A stretch of 64,000 nt of DNA from an uncultured Microthrixaceae bacterium. GTDB lineage: Bacteria > Actinomycetota > Acidimicrobiia > Acidimicrobiales > VFJN01. The stretch covers positions 34,998 through 98,997 of the forward strand of contig CAVSIC010000021.1 of the NCBI GenBank assembly GCA_963727905.1, given 5' to 3'. The position numbers and the translations under genes were made by a program. This document shows, piece by piece, positions 42,916-52,017 of the stretch. Position 1 is the stretch's first letter, and each line of letters opens with the position of its first letter. The notes beneath the pieces are model-generated. The model saw nothing but the letters and a program-made list of their open reading frames with translations. It ran no database searches and was not told where the DNA came from.

Positions 42916-44339
42916 CAGATGAACCCTCGGTCCGGGGTGATCCGCTTCCACTTGCCGTTGACGACCTGCATGAGCACGTAGCACCCGTTGCTCAGCTTCT
43001 TGCCGAGCTGGATCGGCCCGAAGAACCCGTCGGCGTCGTAGGTGCCCGTCCCCCGCAGCTGGGCCAGGAGCGCGTCCCGGGAGATGGGCCCGGGGAGGGC
43101 CTTCACGGAGTCGAAGAAGGCCTTCGACGCCGCCCAGGCGTCGGCCGCGAAGTAGTCGGGGCGGACCCCGGGGGCCACCCGCGCCATCCACTCGACGAAG
43201 CGGGCGGTCTCCGGGTTGGATCCCGCCTCCTCGGTGGGGAGCGAGCGGATCCAGGTGACGGCGTTCTCCGCCGCGGCCTCGCCGGCCACCTCGATGAAGT
43301 CGGACCCGTAGCCGGAGATCAGCTCGAGCTGCTTGAGCTTGTACCCGGTGTCGTACATCGCCCGCGCCATCGTGGCGTTCAGGTTCCCGGCGGCCGGGTA
43401 GAAGAGGTAGTCGGCCTTGCTGTTGGCCACGCCCCGGGCGGCCGCGTCGTAGCTGATCGTGCTGAGCGGGAGCGCCTGCTCGTTCACGATCTTGATGCCG
43501 ACGGCCTGCATCTGCGCCTTCTGCTGCTCGACCTGCGTCCGCACGATGGCGTTGTCGATGTACACGAGGGCGGCCCTCCGGATGCCCTGGGCGTACAGGT
43601 ACTTGTACTTGCCGATCTGCGCGTTGACGTTCGCGAACGGGGGGTTGATGTCGAAGACGGTGGGGGCGGCCTGGAACGTGTCGGCCGTGGCCGTGGCGAC
43701 CACCGGGATCTTCGCGTTGGTCACGATGTCGACCCCACCGCCGTCGCCTGAGGCCAGCCCGCCGGAGATGCCGAGGATCTGCGGGTTGAAGCCCGTGATG
43801 AGGGACCGGTACCGCGCGTTCTCGAAGCCGTCGTCGCCGGACTTGAGCACCACCTGGCGCCCGCACACGCCACCGGTGGCGTTGAGGTAGGCGACGTAGG
43901 CCCGCGACGCGGCGGCCGAGGTCTCGCCCAGGCCGGGAAGGGGGCCGGAGATGGTGTTGATGGCGGCCACCGTGATGGTCTGGGCGGTGACGCCGGGCGC
44001 GGTCGACGGCGCTGCGCAGGGCCGAGGGCCCGAGGCGCCACCCGTGCCGCCGCCGGTGGTCCCGCCGGTGCCGCCGGTGGTCCCGCCGGTGCCGCCGGTC
44101 GTCCCGCCGTCGGTCGCGCCGGCCACCGTGGAGGCCGTCGGGGAATCGGAGCCGCCGTCGCCGCCATCGGTCGCGTCGGCGCCGCTCCCCGCACCGCGGT
44201 TGACGACGAACGAGCGCTCCTCGTCCGACCAGCGGGAGCCGCAGGCCGCCGTGGCGATCAACGCGCACAGCAGGAGCAGCGCAGTGGCGCGACGGGCCGC
44301 CCTGATCGTGCGCGGTGCGCTCAGATCCCCAGCGGCCAT
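42912..44339 (-). CDS. ABC transporter substrate-binding lipoprotein (LivJ/Peripla_BP_6-like), intact
   Basis: ATG 44339 (GGGGAG upstream) is preferred over the track's TTG 44357. The signal and lipobox-like 'LLLLCALIATAAC' are followed by a Gly/Thr-rich linker. The body includes 'ITVAAINTISGPLPGLGETSAAASRAYVAYLNATGGVCGRQV...'. Confidence 0.85.
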   Translation of the reverse strand: MAAGDLSAPRTIRAARRATALLLLCALIATAACGSRWSDEERSFVVNRGAGSGADATDGGDGGSDSPTASTVAGATDGGTTGGTGGTTGGTGGTTGGGTGGASGPRPCAAPSTAPGVTAQTITVAAINTISGPLPGLGETSAAASRAYVAYLNATGGVCGRQVVLKSGDDGFENARYRSLITGFNPQILGISGGLASGDGGGVDIVTNAKIPVVATATADTFQAAPTVFDINPPFANVNAQIGKYKYLYAQGIRRAALVYIDNAIVRTQVEQQKAQMQAVGIKIVNEQALPLSTISYDAAARGVANSKADYLFYPAAGNLNATMARAMYDTGYKLKQLELISGYGSDFIEVAGEAAAENAVTWIRSLPTEEAGSNPETARFVEWMARVAPGVRPDYFAADAWAASKAFFDSVKALPGPISRDALLAQLRGTGTYDADGFFGPIQLGKKLSNGCYVLMQVVNGKWKRITPDRGFIC

Positions 44340-44352
44340 GCTCTCCCCCTGT

Positions 44353-44395
44353 CGCAAGAACGCCCTAATCAGATATGGATATCATAGTTCTCGCA
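44353..44395. promoter_or_regulatory. Imperfect inverted repeat CGCAAGAAC ... GTTCTCGCA flanking an AT-rich core, in the divergent substrate-binding-protein/SDR intergenic region (candidate operator)
   Basis: Read directly: CGCAAGAACgccctaatcagatatggatatcataGTTCTCGCA. The core contains GATATggATATC. This is the only AT-rich stretch in the 91-bp intergenic gap. Confidence 0.4.
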
Positions 44396-44430
44396 ACGGG
44401 CCCACGGCACACCAGGGGAGCACCACACAC

Positions 44431-45258
44431 ATGTCGCTGTTCGACGCCTTCGGCTACAAGGGGAAGCGAGCGGTCGTCGTCGGCGGCGCCACCGGGATGG
44501 GCGCGGCAGCCGCCGAGCTGGTCCGGGACGCCGGCGCCGAGGTGGTCGTGATGGACCGCGCCGAGGTCACCCTCGACGGGGTGAAGGCGATGCAGGTCGA
44601 CATGTCCGACAGGGCCTCCATCGAGGCGGCCGTCGCCGAGAGCGGCGGTCCGGTCGACGCCCTGCTGTCCTGCGCCGGGGTGGCCGACGGCACGCCCGGC
44701 ATCGAGCGGATCAACTTCATCGGCCACCGCCACATGATCGACCTCATGGTCGCCGGCGGGCAGCTGCGCCGCGGCTCGGCCATCGGCCTCATCTCCTCCG
44801 CCGCCGGCTTCGGCTGGGAGCAGAACCTCCCCCTCCTCAACGAGTACCTCGCGATCACGGACTTCGACGAGGCGTCGAAGTGGGCGGTCGACCACGGCAA
44901 GGCCGACTACCTCTGGAGCAAGCTCTCCATCAACGCCTACATCGCCCGCGAGGCGATGGGCTTCCTGAAGCAGGGCATCCGGATCAACGCCATCCTCCCG
45001 GGGCCGACGAACACCCCGCTGGCCCGCGCCAACGCCGAGACGTGGCTGTCCTTCGGCGCCGACTACCGCGAAGAGGTCGGGCTCGAGGCGTCCACGCCGC
45101 TCGACCAGGCCTACCCCCTCGTGTACCTCTGCTCCGATGCCGCCTCGGTGATCACCGGCGTCACCCTCGTCACCGACCTCGGGTACTTCGCCTCCGGGGT
45201 GAGCGGCGCCTTCCCCACCGCGGGCGAGGCGGTCGGGTTCCTGCGCAGCACCTTCTGA
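44431..45258 (+). CDS. Short-chain dehydrogenase/reductase (SDR)
   Basis: 275 aa from ATG 44431 inside track ORF 43951..45258. 'AVVVGGATGMGAAAA' is the dinucleotide-binding loop, followed by 'INAILPGPTNTP'. Confidence 0.85.
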   Translation: MSLFDAFGYKGKRAVVVGGATGMGAAAAELVRDAGAEVVVMDRAEVTLDGVKAMQVDMSDRASIEAAVAESGGPVDALLSCAGVADGTPGIERINFIGHRHMIDLMVAGGQLRRGSAIGLISSAAGFGWEQNLPLLNEYLAITDFDEASKWAVDHGKADYLWSKLSINAYIAREAMGFLKQGIRINAILPGPTNTPLARANAETWLSFGADYREEVGLEASTPLDQAYPLVYLCSDAASVITGVTLVTDLGYFASGVSGAFPTAGEAVGFLRSTF

Positions 45259-45262
45259 CCGC

Positions 45263-46891
45263 GTGCGGCCCCTCCCCGAGCTGACGCCGGCCAACGAGCG
45301 GTTCTGGACCGGCGGGGCCGACGGCACCCTCCACATCGACGGCTGCGGCGACTGCGGTGCCCTGGTGCACCCGCCCGTCCCCGTGTGCCAGGTGTGCCGG
45401 AGCCGCAACCGCGTGATGGTCCCGGTGTCGGGCCGGGCCACGGTCATCGGGTTCACGGTGAACCACCACAGCTGGACCCCCGCGTTCGAGCCGCCGTACG
45501 TCATCGCCAACGTGGCGCTCGAGGAGGACCCGAGCGTCCGCCTCACCACCAACGTCGTGGGCTGCGACCCCGACGACGTGCACGTGGGCCAGCACGTCGC
45601 GGTGCGCTTCGAGCACCACGAGGACGTGTGGGTGCCGCTCTTCGCGCCGACCGGCGAGCCGGCCGCCGACGAGCTGCCGGTGGCCGCGCCGCAACGCCCG
45701 ACGCCGCGCGCGCCGCTGGGCGACGACCGGTACGAGCACCGGTCGGTGCTCTCCGGGATCGGCCGGTCGAGGCTGGGCCGGCGCCTGATGGTCGACCCGC
45801 TGTCGCTCACGATCGACGCCTGCCTCGAGGCCATCGCCGACGCCGGCCTCACCCCCGACGACATCGATGGCCTGTCGACCTACCCCGGCCCGGTGGGCAT
45901 GGGCATGAGCGAGGGCGGTGTCACCGCGGTCGAGGAGGCGCTGCGCCTGCGGCCCACCTGGATCAACGGCGGCGGGGAGCTCCCCGGGCCGGCCGGCTCG
46001 ATCATCGCGGCGATGCTCGCGGTGAGCGCCGGCCTCTGCCGCCACGTCCTGTGCTTCCGCACCGTGTGGGAGTCGACCTACGCGACCCTGGGGCTGCGAC
46101 CCCCGGCCGGCGGCCGGGTTTCGGGCATGAGCGAGCACCGCGCCCCCTTCGGCGCGATGTCGGCGGCCAGCTGGATCGGCGTCAACGCCAACCACTACTT
46201 CCACCGCTACGGGGCGACGCGGGAGATGCTCGGCTGGATCGCCATCAACGGCCGCACCAACGCCGGTCGCAACCCGGCGGCGATCTACCGCGACCCGATG
46301 ACGATGGACGACTACATGGCCGCCCGCCCGATCTCGAGCCCGTTCGGCCTCTACGACTGCGACGTGCCCTGCGACGGCTCGATCGCGGTGATCGTCTCGG
46401 CCGCCGAGGTGGCGCCCGACCTCCCTCACCCCGCGGTCCGGGTCGAGGCCGCGGGCACGCAGATCCTCGAGCGGGTGTCGTGGGACCAGGACACCGTCAG
46501 CCACGAGCCCCAGGTGCTCGGCCAGAGCGCGCACCTCTGGACGCGCACCGGCCTGCGGCCGGCCGACGTCGACCTCGCGCTCGTCTACGACGGGTTCACG
46601 TTCAACGCCATCTCCTGGCTCGAGGGCCTCGGGTTCTGCGGACTGGGCGAGGCCCAGGACTGGCTCGACGGCGGCCGCCGGATCGCGCTCGACGGCGAGC
46701 TCCCGGTGAACCCGCACGGCGGGCAGCTGTCCGAGGGCCGCACCCACGGCTTCGGCTTCCTCTACGAGGCGGTGACCCAGCTCCGCCACGACGCCGGTGA
46801 GCGCCAGGTGCGCGACGCCCGCACCGCGGTCGTCACCTCCGGCGGCGGCACTCCCTCCGGCGTGCTGCTCCTCCGCAACGACCGCCCGTAA
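45263..46891 (+). CDS. Fusion of a DUF35 OB-fold/Zn-ribbon domain with a thiolase-like (SCP-x / lipid-transfer-protein type) domain
   Basis: 542 aa. The N-terminus has 'FWTGGADGTLHIDGCGDCGALVHPPVPVCQVCRS' (Cys4 ribbon) plus an OB-fold. The C-terminal 390 aa are thiolase-fold without the classical biosynthetic thiolase signatures ('SGIGRSRLGRRL...DGLSTYPG...NPHGGQLSEGRTHGFGFLYEAVTQLR'). Confidence 0.8.
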   Translation: MRPLPELTPANERFWTGGADGTLHIDGCGDCGALVHPPVPVCQVCRSRNRVMVPVSGRATVIGFTVNHHSWTPAFEPPYVIANVALEEDPSVRLTTNVVGCDPDDVHVGQHVAVRFEHHEDVWVPLFAPTGEPAADELPVAAPQRPTPRAPLGDDRYEHRSVLSGIGRSRLGRRLMVDPLSLTIDACLEAIADAGLTPDDIDGLSTYPGPVGMGMSEGGVTAVEEALRLRPTWINGGGELPGPAGSIIAAMLAVSAGLCRHVLCFRTVWESTYATLGLRPPAGGRVSGMSEHRAPFGAMSAASWIGVNANHYFHRYGATREMLGWIAINGRTNAGRNPAAIYRDPMTMDDYMAARPISSPFGLYDCDVPCDGSIAVIVSAAEVAPDLPHPAVRVEAAGTQILERVSWDQDTVSHEPQVLGQSAHLWTRTGLRPADVDLALVYDGFTFNAISWLEGLGFCGLGEAQDWLDGGRRIALDGELPVNPHGGQLSEGRTHGFGFLYEAVTQLRHDAGERQVRDARTAVVTSGGGTPSGVLLLRNDRP

Positions 46892-46957
46892 CCCCACTCG
46901 TTCTGGCCCGGGTTTCACGACCCAGGGGTCGACTGTTCCGGGCCAGAAGCCGTGGGG
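46892..46957. repeat. 66-bp palindromic intergenic element, copy B (arms CCCCACTCGTTCTGGCCCGG / CCGGGCCAGAAGCCGTGGGG)
   Basis: Read directly. It starts the base after the stop of 45263..46891 and ends 1 nt before the stop of the convergent P450, so it fills the whole gap. It has the same length and arms as 29324-29389. Confidence 0.9.
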
Positions 46958-46958
46958 C

Positions 46959-48140
46959 CTACGGGGTGGTGACGGGGAGCTTCTCCCAGCCGCGGACGGT
47001 GGAGGTGCGGGCCTGGACGGCGTTGTCCCAGTCGACGTCCCATGTGGGGAACCGCTGCAGCACCTCGTCGAGCGCCACCCGGCCCTCCAGGCGGGCCAGC
47101 GCGGCACCGAGGCAGAAGTGGATGCCGTAGCCGAACGACAGGTGGTGGTCGATCTTGCGGTGGATGTCGAACGACTCGCCGTCCGGGAACTTCCGCTCGT
47201 CGCGGTTGGCCGACGCGTTCAGCAGGAGGATGGCGCTGCCTGCGGGCACCACCTGACCGTGGTGCTCCACGTCCTGGGTGACGTAGCGGGCCTGCACCGG
47301 TGACGGGGCCTCGAACCGCAGGAGCTCCTCGACCGCGCCCGGCACGAGCGAGCGGTCCGCCACGAGCTCGGCCCGCTGGTCGGGGTGCTCGGCCAGGACC
47401 TTGCCCGTCCAGCCGATGAGCCGCGTGGTGGTCTCGTTGCCGGCGGCTGCGATGAGCCCGACGTAGTTCAGGATCTCCTGGCGGTGCAGTCGGCGCGTGG
47501 TGCCGTCCTCGTCCTCGAACTCGGCCTGGAGGAGCTCGGTCATCAGGTCGTCCGACGGGTGGTCGGCTCGCCAGTCGATGTACTCGGCGAAGACCTTGCC
47601 GGAGTCGTCGACCTTCCCCTTCGGGTCGGGTGCGTCGCCGTCGGCCAGGCGCAGCCCCTCGTCGATGGAGTCGCGGATCGCCTCCTGGTCGGCCTCCGGG
47701 ATGCCGAGGAGGAGGCCGATCGTGCGCATCGGCATCCATGCGCCGAGGTCGCGGATGAAGTCGAACCCGCCGCTGCCCACGAGCGGATCGAGGGTCTGCG
47801 CGCAGAACGCGCGGATCTGCGGCTCGATGGCCGCCATCTTCTTCGGGGTGAACACCCGCGAGAGCAGGCCGCGGTGGAGGTCGTGGGTGGGCGGGTCCTC
47901 GAAGATGAAGGTGCCCGGCGGCATCTCGATGTCGGCCTTGATGAGCTCGAGCAGCGAGCCCTTGGCCGACGAGTAGGTCTTGACGTCGAGCAGACCCTGC
48001 TCCACGTCGGCGAAGCGGCTGAGCGCGTAGAAGTCGTGCTTCTCGTTGAAGTAGAGCGGCTGCTCGTCCCGGAGCCGCTTCCACACCGGGTACGGATCCG
48101 AGTCGATCTCGAAGTCGTACGGGTCGTAGTAGACGTCCAC
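46959..48140 (-). CDS. Cytochrome P450
   Basis: 393 aa from GTG 48140 (GGGGGAG upstream). 'AAGNETT' (I-helix), 'EELLRF' (ExxR) and the heme loop 'FGYGIHFCLGAALA' are present. The upstream part of the track ORF (to 48386) crosses the repeat array and is rejected. Confidence 0.9.
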   Translation of the reverse strand: MDVYYDPYDFEIDSDPYPVWKRLRDEQPLYFNEKHDFYALSRFADVEQGLLDVKTYSSAKGSLLELIKADIEMPPGTFIFEDPPTHDLHRGLLSRVFTPKKMAAIEPQIRAFCAQTLDPLVGSGGFDFIRDLGAWMPMRTIGLLLGIPEADQEAIRDSIDEGLRLADGDAPDPKGKVDDSGKVFAEYIDWRADHPSDDLMTELLQAEFEDEDGTTRRLHRQEILNYVGLIAAAGNETTTRLIGWTGKVLAEHPDQRAELVADRSLVPGAVEELLRFEAPSPVQARYVTQDVEHHGQVVPAGSAILLLNASANRDERKFPDGESFDIHRKIDHHLSFGYGIHFCLGAALARLEGRVALDEVLQRFPTWDVDWDNAVQARTSTVRGWEKLPVTTP

Positions 48141-48148
48141 AGCTCCCC

Positions 48149-48196
48149 CAGGTTCTTGCGCAGGTGCTGCGCCAGCTTCTTGCGCAGCTTCTTGCG
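48149..48196. repeat. Four tandem 12-mers (CAGGTTCTTGCG CAGGTGCTGCGC CAGCTTCTTGCG CAGCTTCTTGCG)
   Basis: Read directly. The last two copies are identical. The array abuts the RBS of the minus-strand P450 and lies about 70 nt upstream of the plus-strand LLM oxidoreductase start. Confidence 0.85.
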
Positions 48197-48268
48197 ATTC
48201 GTGCCGACCGAGATCCACGTTACACTGCGGGGAGAGGGACGTTCTCGCTCGGAGGGGAGGGCCGCATC

Positions 48269-49228
48269 GTGCGCATCGGACTGATGGTGGGCCCCGAGCG
48301 CGGACGCTACGCGACCAAGGTCGATCGCCTGCGCGCCGATGCCCGCTGGGCCGAGGACGCCGGGTTCGCCTCCATCTGGGTCCCACAGATCCCGGACGAG
48401 TTCGACGCCCTCACTGCGGCGACGCTGGTCGGGCTCGAGACCTCCCGGATCGAGATCGGCACGGCCGTGATCCCCGTGCAGCCCCGCCACCCCATCGCGC
48501 TCGCCCAGCAGGTGCTGTCGGTGCAGGCGGTCCTGCAGGGCCGGCTCGCGCTGGGCCTCGGCGTGTCCCACCACTGGATCATCGACGAGATGCTCGGCCT
48601 CCCCTACGAGCGGCCGGCCGCCACCATGCGGGCCCACCTCGACGTGCTCGACCAGGCGCTCACGGGTGCCGGCGCCGGCTCGGTCGACGTGGAGAACGAC
48701 CGGTTCCGGGTCCACAACCCGATCGACATCACCGACGTCGGGCCCACCCCCGTGCTGATCGCGGCGCTCGGCCCGCAGATGCTGAAGATCGCCGGCGAGC
48801 GCACCGACGGCACGATCCTCTGGATGGCCGACGAGCGGGCCATCGCCACGCACGTGGTCCCCCACCTCCACGCGGCGGCCGAGTCGGCCAGGCGGCCCAC
48901 GCCGCGCGTCGTGGCCGGCATCCCGGTCTGCGTGTGCGGTGACGACGAGGTCGACGTGGCCGTCGCTCGCACCAACCGGGTCCTGTCCGAGGCCGAGGTG
49001 TCGCCGAACTACCAGAAGCTGCTCGACCTCGGCGATGCGACGGCCGTCGGCGACCTGCTGGCGGCCGGCAGCGAGTCCACGGTCGAGAAGCGGCTCCGCT
49101 CCTTCGCCGACGCCGGCGTCACCGACCTGTCGATCCGCGTCGTCCCCATCGGCGACGACCGCGACCAGCTCATCGCCTCCCGCGACCGCACCCGCGCCTA
49201 CCTCGCCTCGCTCGCCGGCGCCCTCTGA
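48269..49228 (+). CDS. Luciferase-like monooxygenase (LLM) class oxidoreductase, probably F420-dependent
   Basis: GTG 48269 (GGAGGGGAGG upstream). 'VRIGLMVGPERG...AEDAGFASIWVPQ...IGTAVIPV' is TIM-barrel LLM N-terminal logic. The C-terminus reads 'LRSFADAGVTDL'. Confidence 0.8.
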   Translation: MRIGLMVGPERGRYATKVDRLRADARWAEDAGFASIWVPQIPDEFDALTAATLVGLETSRIEIGTAVIPVQPRHPIALAQQVLSVQAVLQGRLALGLGVSHHWIIDEMLGLPYERPAATMRAHLDVLDQALTGAGAGSVDVENDRFRVHNPIDITDVGPTPVLIAALGPQMLKIAGERTDGTILWMADERAIATHVVPHLHAAAESARRPTPRVVAGIPVCVCGDDEVDVAVARTNRVLSEAEVSPNYQKLLDLGDATAVGDLLAAGSESTVEKRLRSFADAGVTDLSIRVVPIGDDRDQLIASRDRTRAYLASLAGAL

Positions 49229-49266
49229 CGCCCGCCCCGACGACCCTCGACCCGATCGGAGACCCC

Positions 49267-50465
49267 ATGTCCGCCCCCCTCCTCGACATCCCGGTGTTCG
49301 ACGCCGACAACCACCTCTACGAGACGCGGGACTCCCTCACGAAGTTCCTTCCCGACCGCTACAAGTCGGCTGTCGACTACGTCGACGTGCGGGGCCGCAC
49401 GAAGATCGTCGTGCGGGGGACGATCAGCCAGTACATCCCGAACCCCACGTTCGACGTGGTGGCCCGACCCGGGGCCCAGGAGGACTACTTCCGCCACGGC
49501 AACCCCGAGGGCAAGAGCCGCCGCGAGATCTTCGGCGAGCCGATGCGCTCGATCCCGGCGTTCCGCGAGCCGGCCCCCCGCATCGAGCTGATGGACGAGC
49601 AGGGCCTCGACCGGGCGCTGATGTTCCCGACGCTGGCCAGCCTCATCGAGGAGCGGATGCGGGACGACCCCGACATGTGCCACGCGGTGATCCACTCGCT
49701 CAACCAGTGGATCCTCGAGACGTGGACCTTCGGCTACGAGGACCGCATCTTCCCCACCCCGGTGATCACGCTCGGCGTCGTGGACAAGGCCGTCGAGGAG
49801 CTCGAGTGGGTGGTCTCGCACGGCGCCAAGGTCGTGCTCATCCGGCCCGCACCCGCGTGGGGCTACCGCGGGCCCCGCTCCCCCGGCAAGGAGGAGTTCG
49901 ACCCGTTCTGGGCCAAGGTCGTGGAGCACGACGTCCTCGTCGGCATGCACTCCTCCGACAGCGGCTACGACCGCTACCAGAACGAGTGGGAGGGCAGCGA
50001 CAGCGAGATGCTGCCGTTCCAGCCGCAGGCGTTCCGGATGCTGTCGCAGTGGCGCCCGGTCGAGGACGCCGTGTCCGCGCTGATCTGCCACGGCGCCCTG
50101 TCGCGGTTCCCGCAGCTGAAGGTCGCGGTGATCGAGAACGGCAGCTCGTGGGTCGAGCCGCTGCTCAAGGTCCTCGCCGACACCTACAAGAAGATGCCGC
50201 AGGACTTCCCCGAGAACCCGATCGGGGTCTTCAAGCGGAACATCCACGTGTCCCCGTTCTGGGAGGAGGACCTCGTCGGCGCTGGCCGACGCTCATCGGC
50301 GAGGACCACGTGCTGTTCGGCAGCGACTACCCGCACCCCGAGGGCCTGGCCGACCCGGCCAGCTACGTCGGGCAGCTGGCCGGCGCCGCCGAGGGCGTCG
50401 TCCGCAAGATCATGGGCGGCAACCTCGCCCGGCTCATGGGCGTCGACGACAAGGTCCTCCGCTAG
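49267..50465 (+). pseudogene. Amidohydrolase-2 family protein with one frame break (-1) near 50285
   Basis: It reads MSAPLLDIPVFDADNHLYE...NIHVSPFWEEDLVG in one frame. It continues as ...TLIGEDHVLFGSDYPHPEGLADPASYVGQL...NLARLMGVDDKVLR* in the track frame 48939..50465. 'FGSDYPHPEG' is the conserved metal-binding end of this family. Confidence 0.8.
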
Positions 50466-50468
50466 CCC

Positions 50469-52017
50469 ATGTCCGCGAGCCCGATGGCCGACAGCATCCC
50501 GGGACTGCTCGACGCCACCGCCTCACAGCACGGCGACCGGGCCGCCGTCGTCGACGGCGACGTCCGACGGACCTGGTCCGAGGTGCAGGCGCGCTCGGAT
50601 GCGGTGGCCGCGGCGCTGATCGAGCTCGGCGTCGAGGTGGGCGACCGCGTCGCGATCTGGGCGCCCAACGGCCACCGGTGGATCGAGGCGGTGCACGGCC
50701 TGCTCCGGGCGGGTGCCGTCCTCGTGCCGATCAACACGCGCTTCAAGGGCCAGGAGGCGGCCGACCTGCTCGGCCGGAGCGGCGCCAAGGTGCTCATCGC
50801 CACCCGGACCTTCCTCGACACCGACCACGTCGCGATGCTCGAGGCCACGGGGGCCGACCTTCCCGACCTCCGCACGACGGTCGTGGCCGAGGGCGAGCGG
50901 TGGGAGGCGTTCCTCGCCACCGCCACGCCCGCCTCACTCGACGAGGCCCGTCGCCGCCGCGCGGCGCTCGGGCCGGACGACACCTCCGACCTCCTCTTCA
51001 CGTCGGGCACCACCGGCGTGCCGAAGGGCGTGGTGATGACCCACGGCCGGACCCTGCGGGTGGCATCGGACTGGGTGGCGATGACCGGGCTCAGCGCCGA
51101 CGACCGCTACCTGATGGTCAACCCGTACTTCCACATGTTCGGGTTGAAGGCCGGGATCCTCGCCTCGACCGTGGCGGGGGCGACGATGTACCCCGAGCCC
51201 GTGTTCGACGCCGGCCGGGCGCTGGCCCGGGTGGCGTCGGACGGCATCACGGTGTTCCCCGGCGCGCCGACGATCTACCAGTCGCTGCTCGACCACCCCG
51301 ACCGGGCCGCCCACGACCTGTCGAGCCTGCGGGTGGCGGTGACCGGCGCCGCCGACATCCCGGTGCGCCTGATCGAGCGCATCCGCGAGGAGCTGCCCTT
51401 CTCCCTCGTGGTCACCGGGTACGGCCTGAGCGAGGCCGGCACCGCCTCCGCCACCACCCCCGACGACGACGCCGAGATCGTGGCCACCACCGTGGGCCGG
51501 GCCCGCCCCGGCTTCGAGATCCGGATCGTCGACGGCGACCGCGACCTCCCCACGGGCGAGGCCGGCGAGGTCGTCCTCCGCGGGCCGTCGGTGATGGCCG
51601 GCTACCTCGACGACCCCGGCGCCACCGCCGCCTCGCTGTCTCCGGACGGCTGGCTGCGCACCGGCGACCTCGGCGTGCTCGACGAGCGCGGCAACCTGCG
51701 CATCGTCGGCCGCAGCAAGGACATGTTCATCGTGGGCGGCTTCAACGCCTACCCCGCGGAGATCGAGAACGCCCTCCTCCGCCACCCCGACGTGCAGCAG
51801 GCCGCGGTGATCGGCATCCCCGACGAGCGCCTCGGCGAGGTCGGCATGGCCTTCGTGGTCACGCGCTCGGGCGACCCGGGCGCCGGACCCGGGATCCTGG
51901 CGTGGTGCAAGGACCAGATGGCCAACTACAAGGTCCCGCGCGCCATCGAGCTCATCGACCGAGCTGCCGCTGAATGCCACCGGCAAGGTCGTGAAGGACG
52001 AGCTCCGTGCGCGTCGC
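50469..52017 (+). pseudogene. AMP-dependent acyl-CoA synthetase 1; +1 frame break at about 51959, after which the frame runs without a stop into the next ligase
   Basis: 'LFTSGTTGVPKGV', 'TGYGLSEAG', 'TGDLGVLDERGNLRIVGRSKDMFIVGGFNAYPAEIE' and 'YKVPRAIELID' are in one frame. One extra base follows, then 'ELPLNATGKVVKDELRAR' (the canonical ligase C-terminus) reads in the frame of 51991..53559. Confidence 0.8.

Noticed and set aside
48149-48230. The 12-mer array read as a coding sequence for a basic amphipathic peptide (…NRKKLRKKLAQHLRKNLGEL…).
   Set aside because: That frame has no credible start or RBS. It runs on for hundreds of codons out of frame through the P450 gene, whose own frame has all P450 motifs. 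The peptide-like pattern is a by-product of the DNA repeat.
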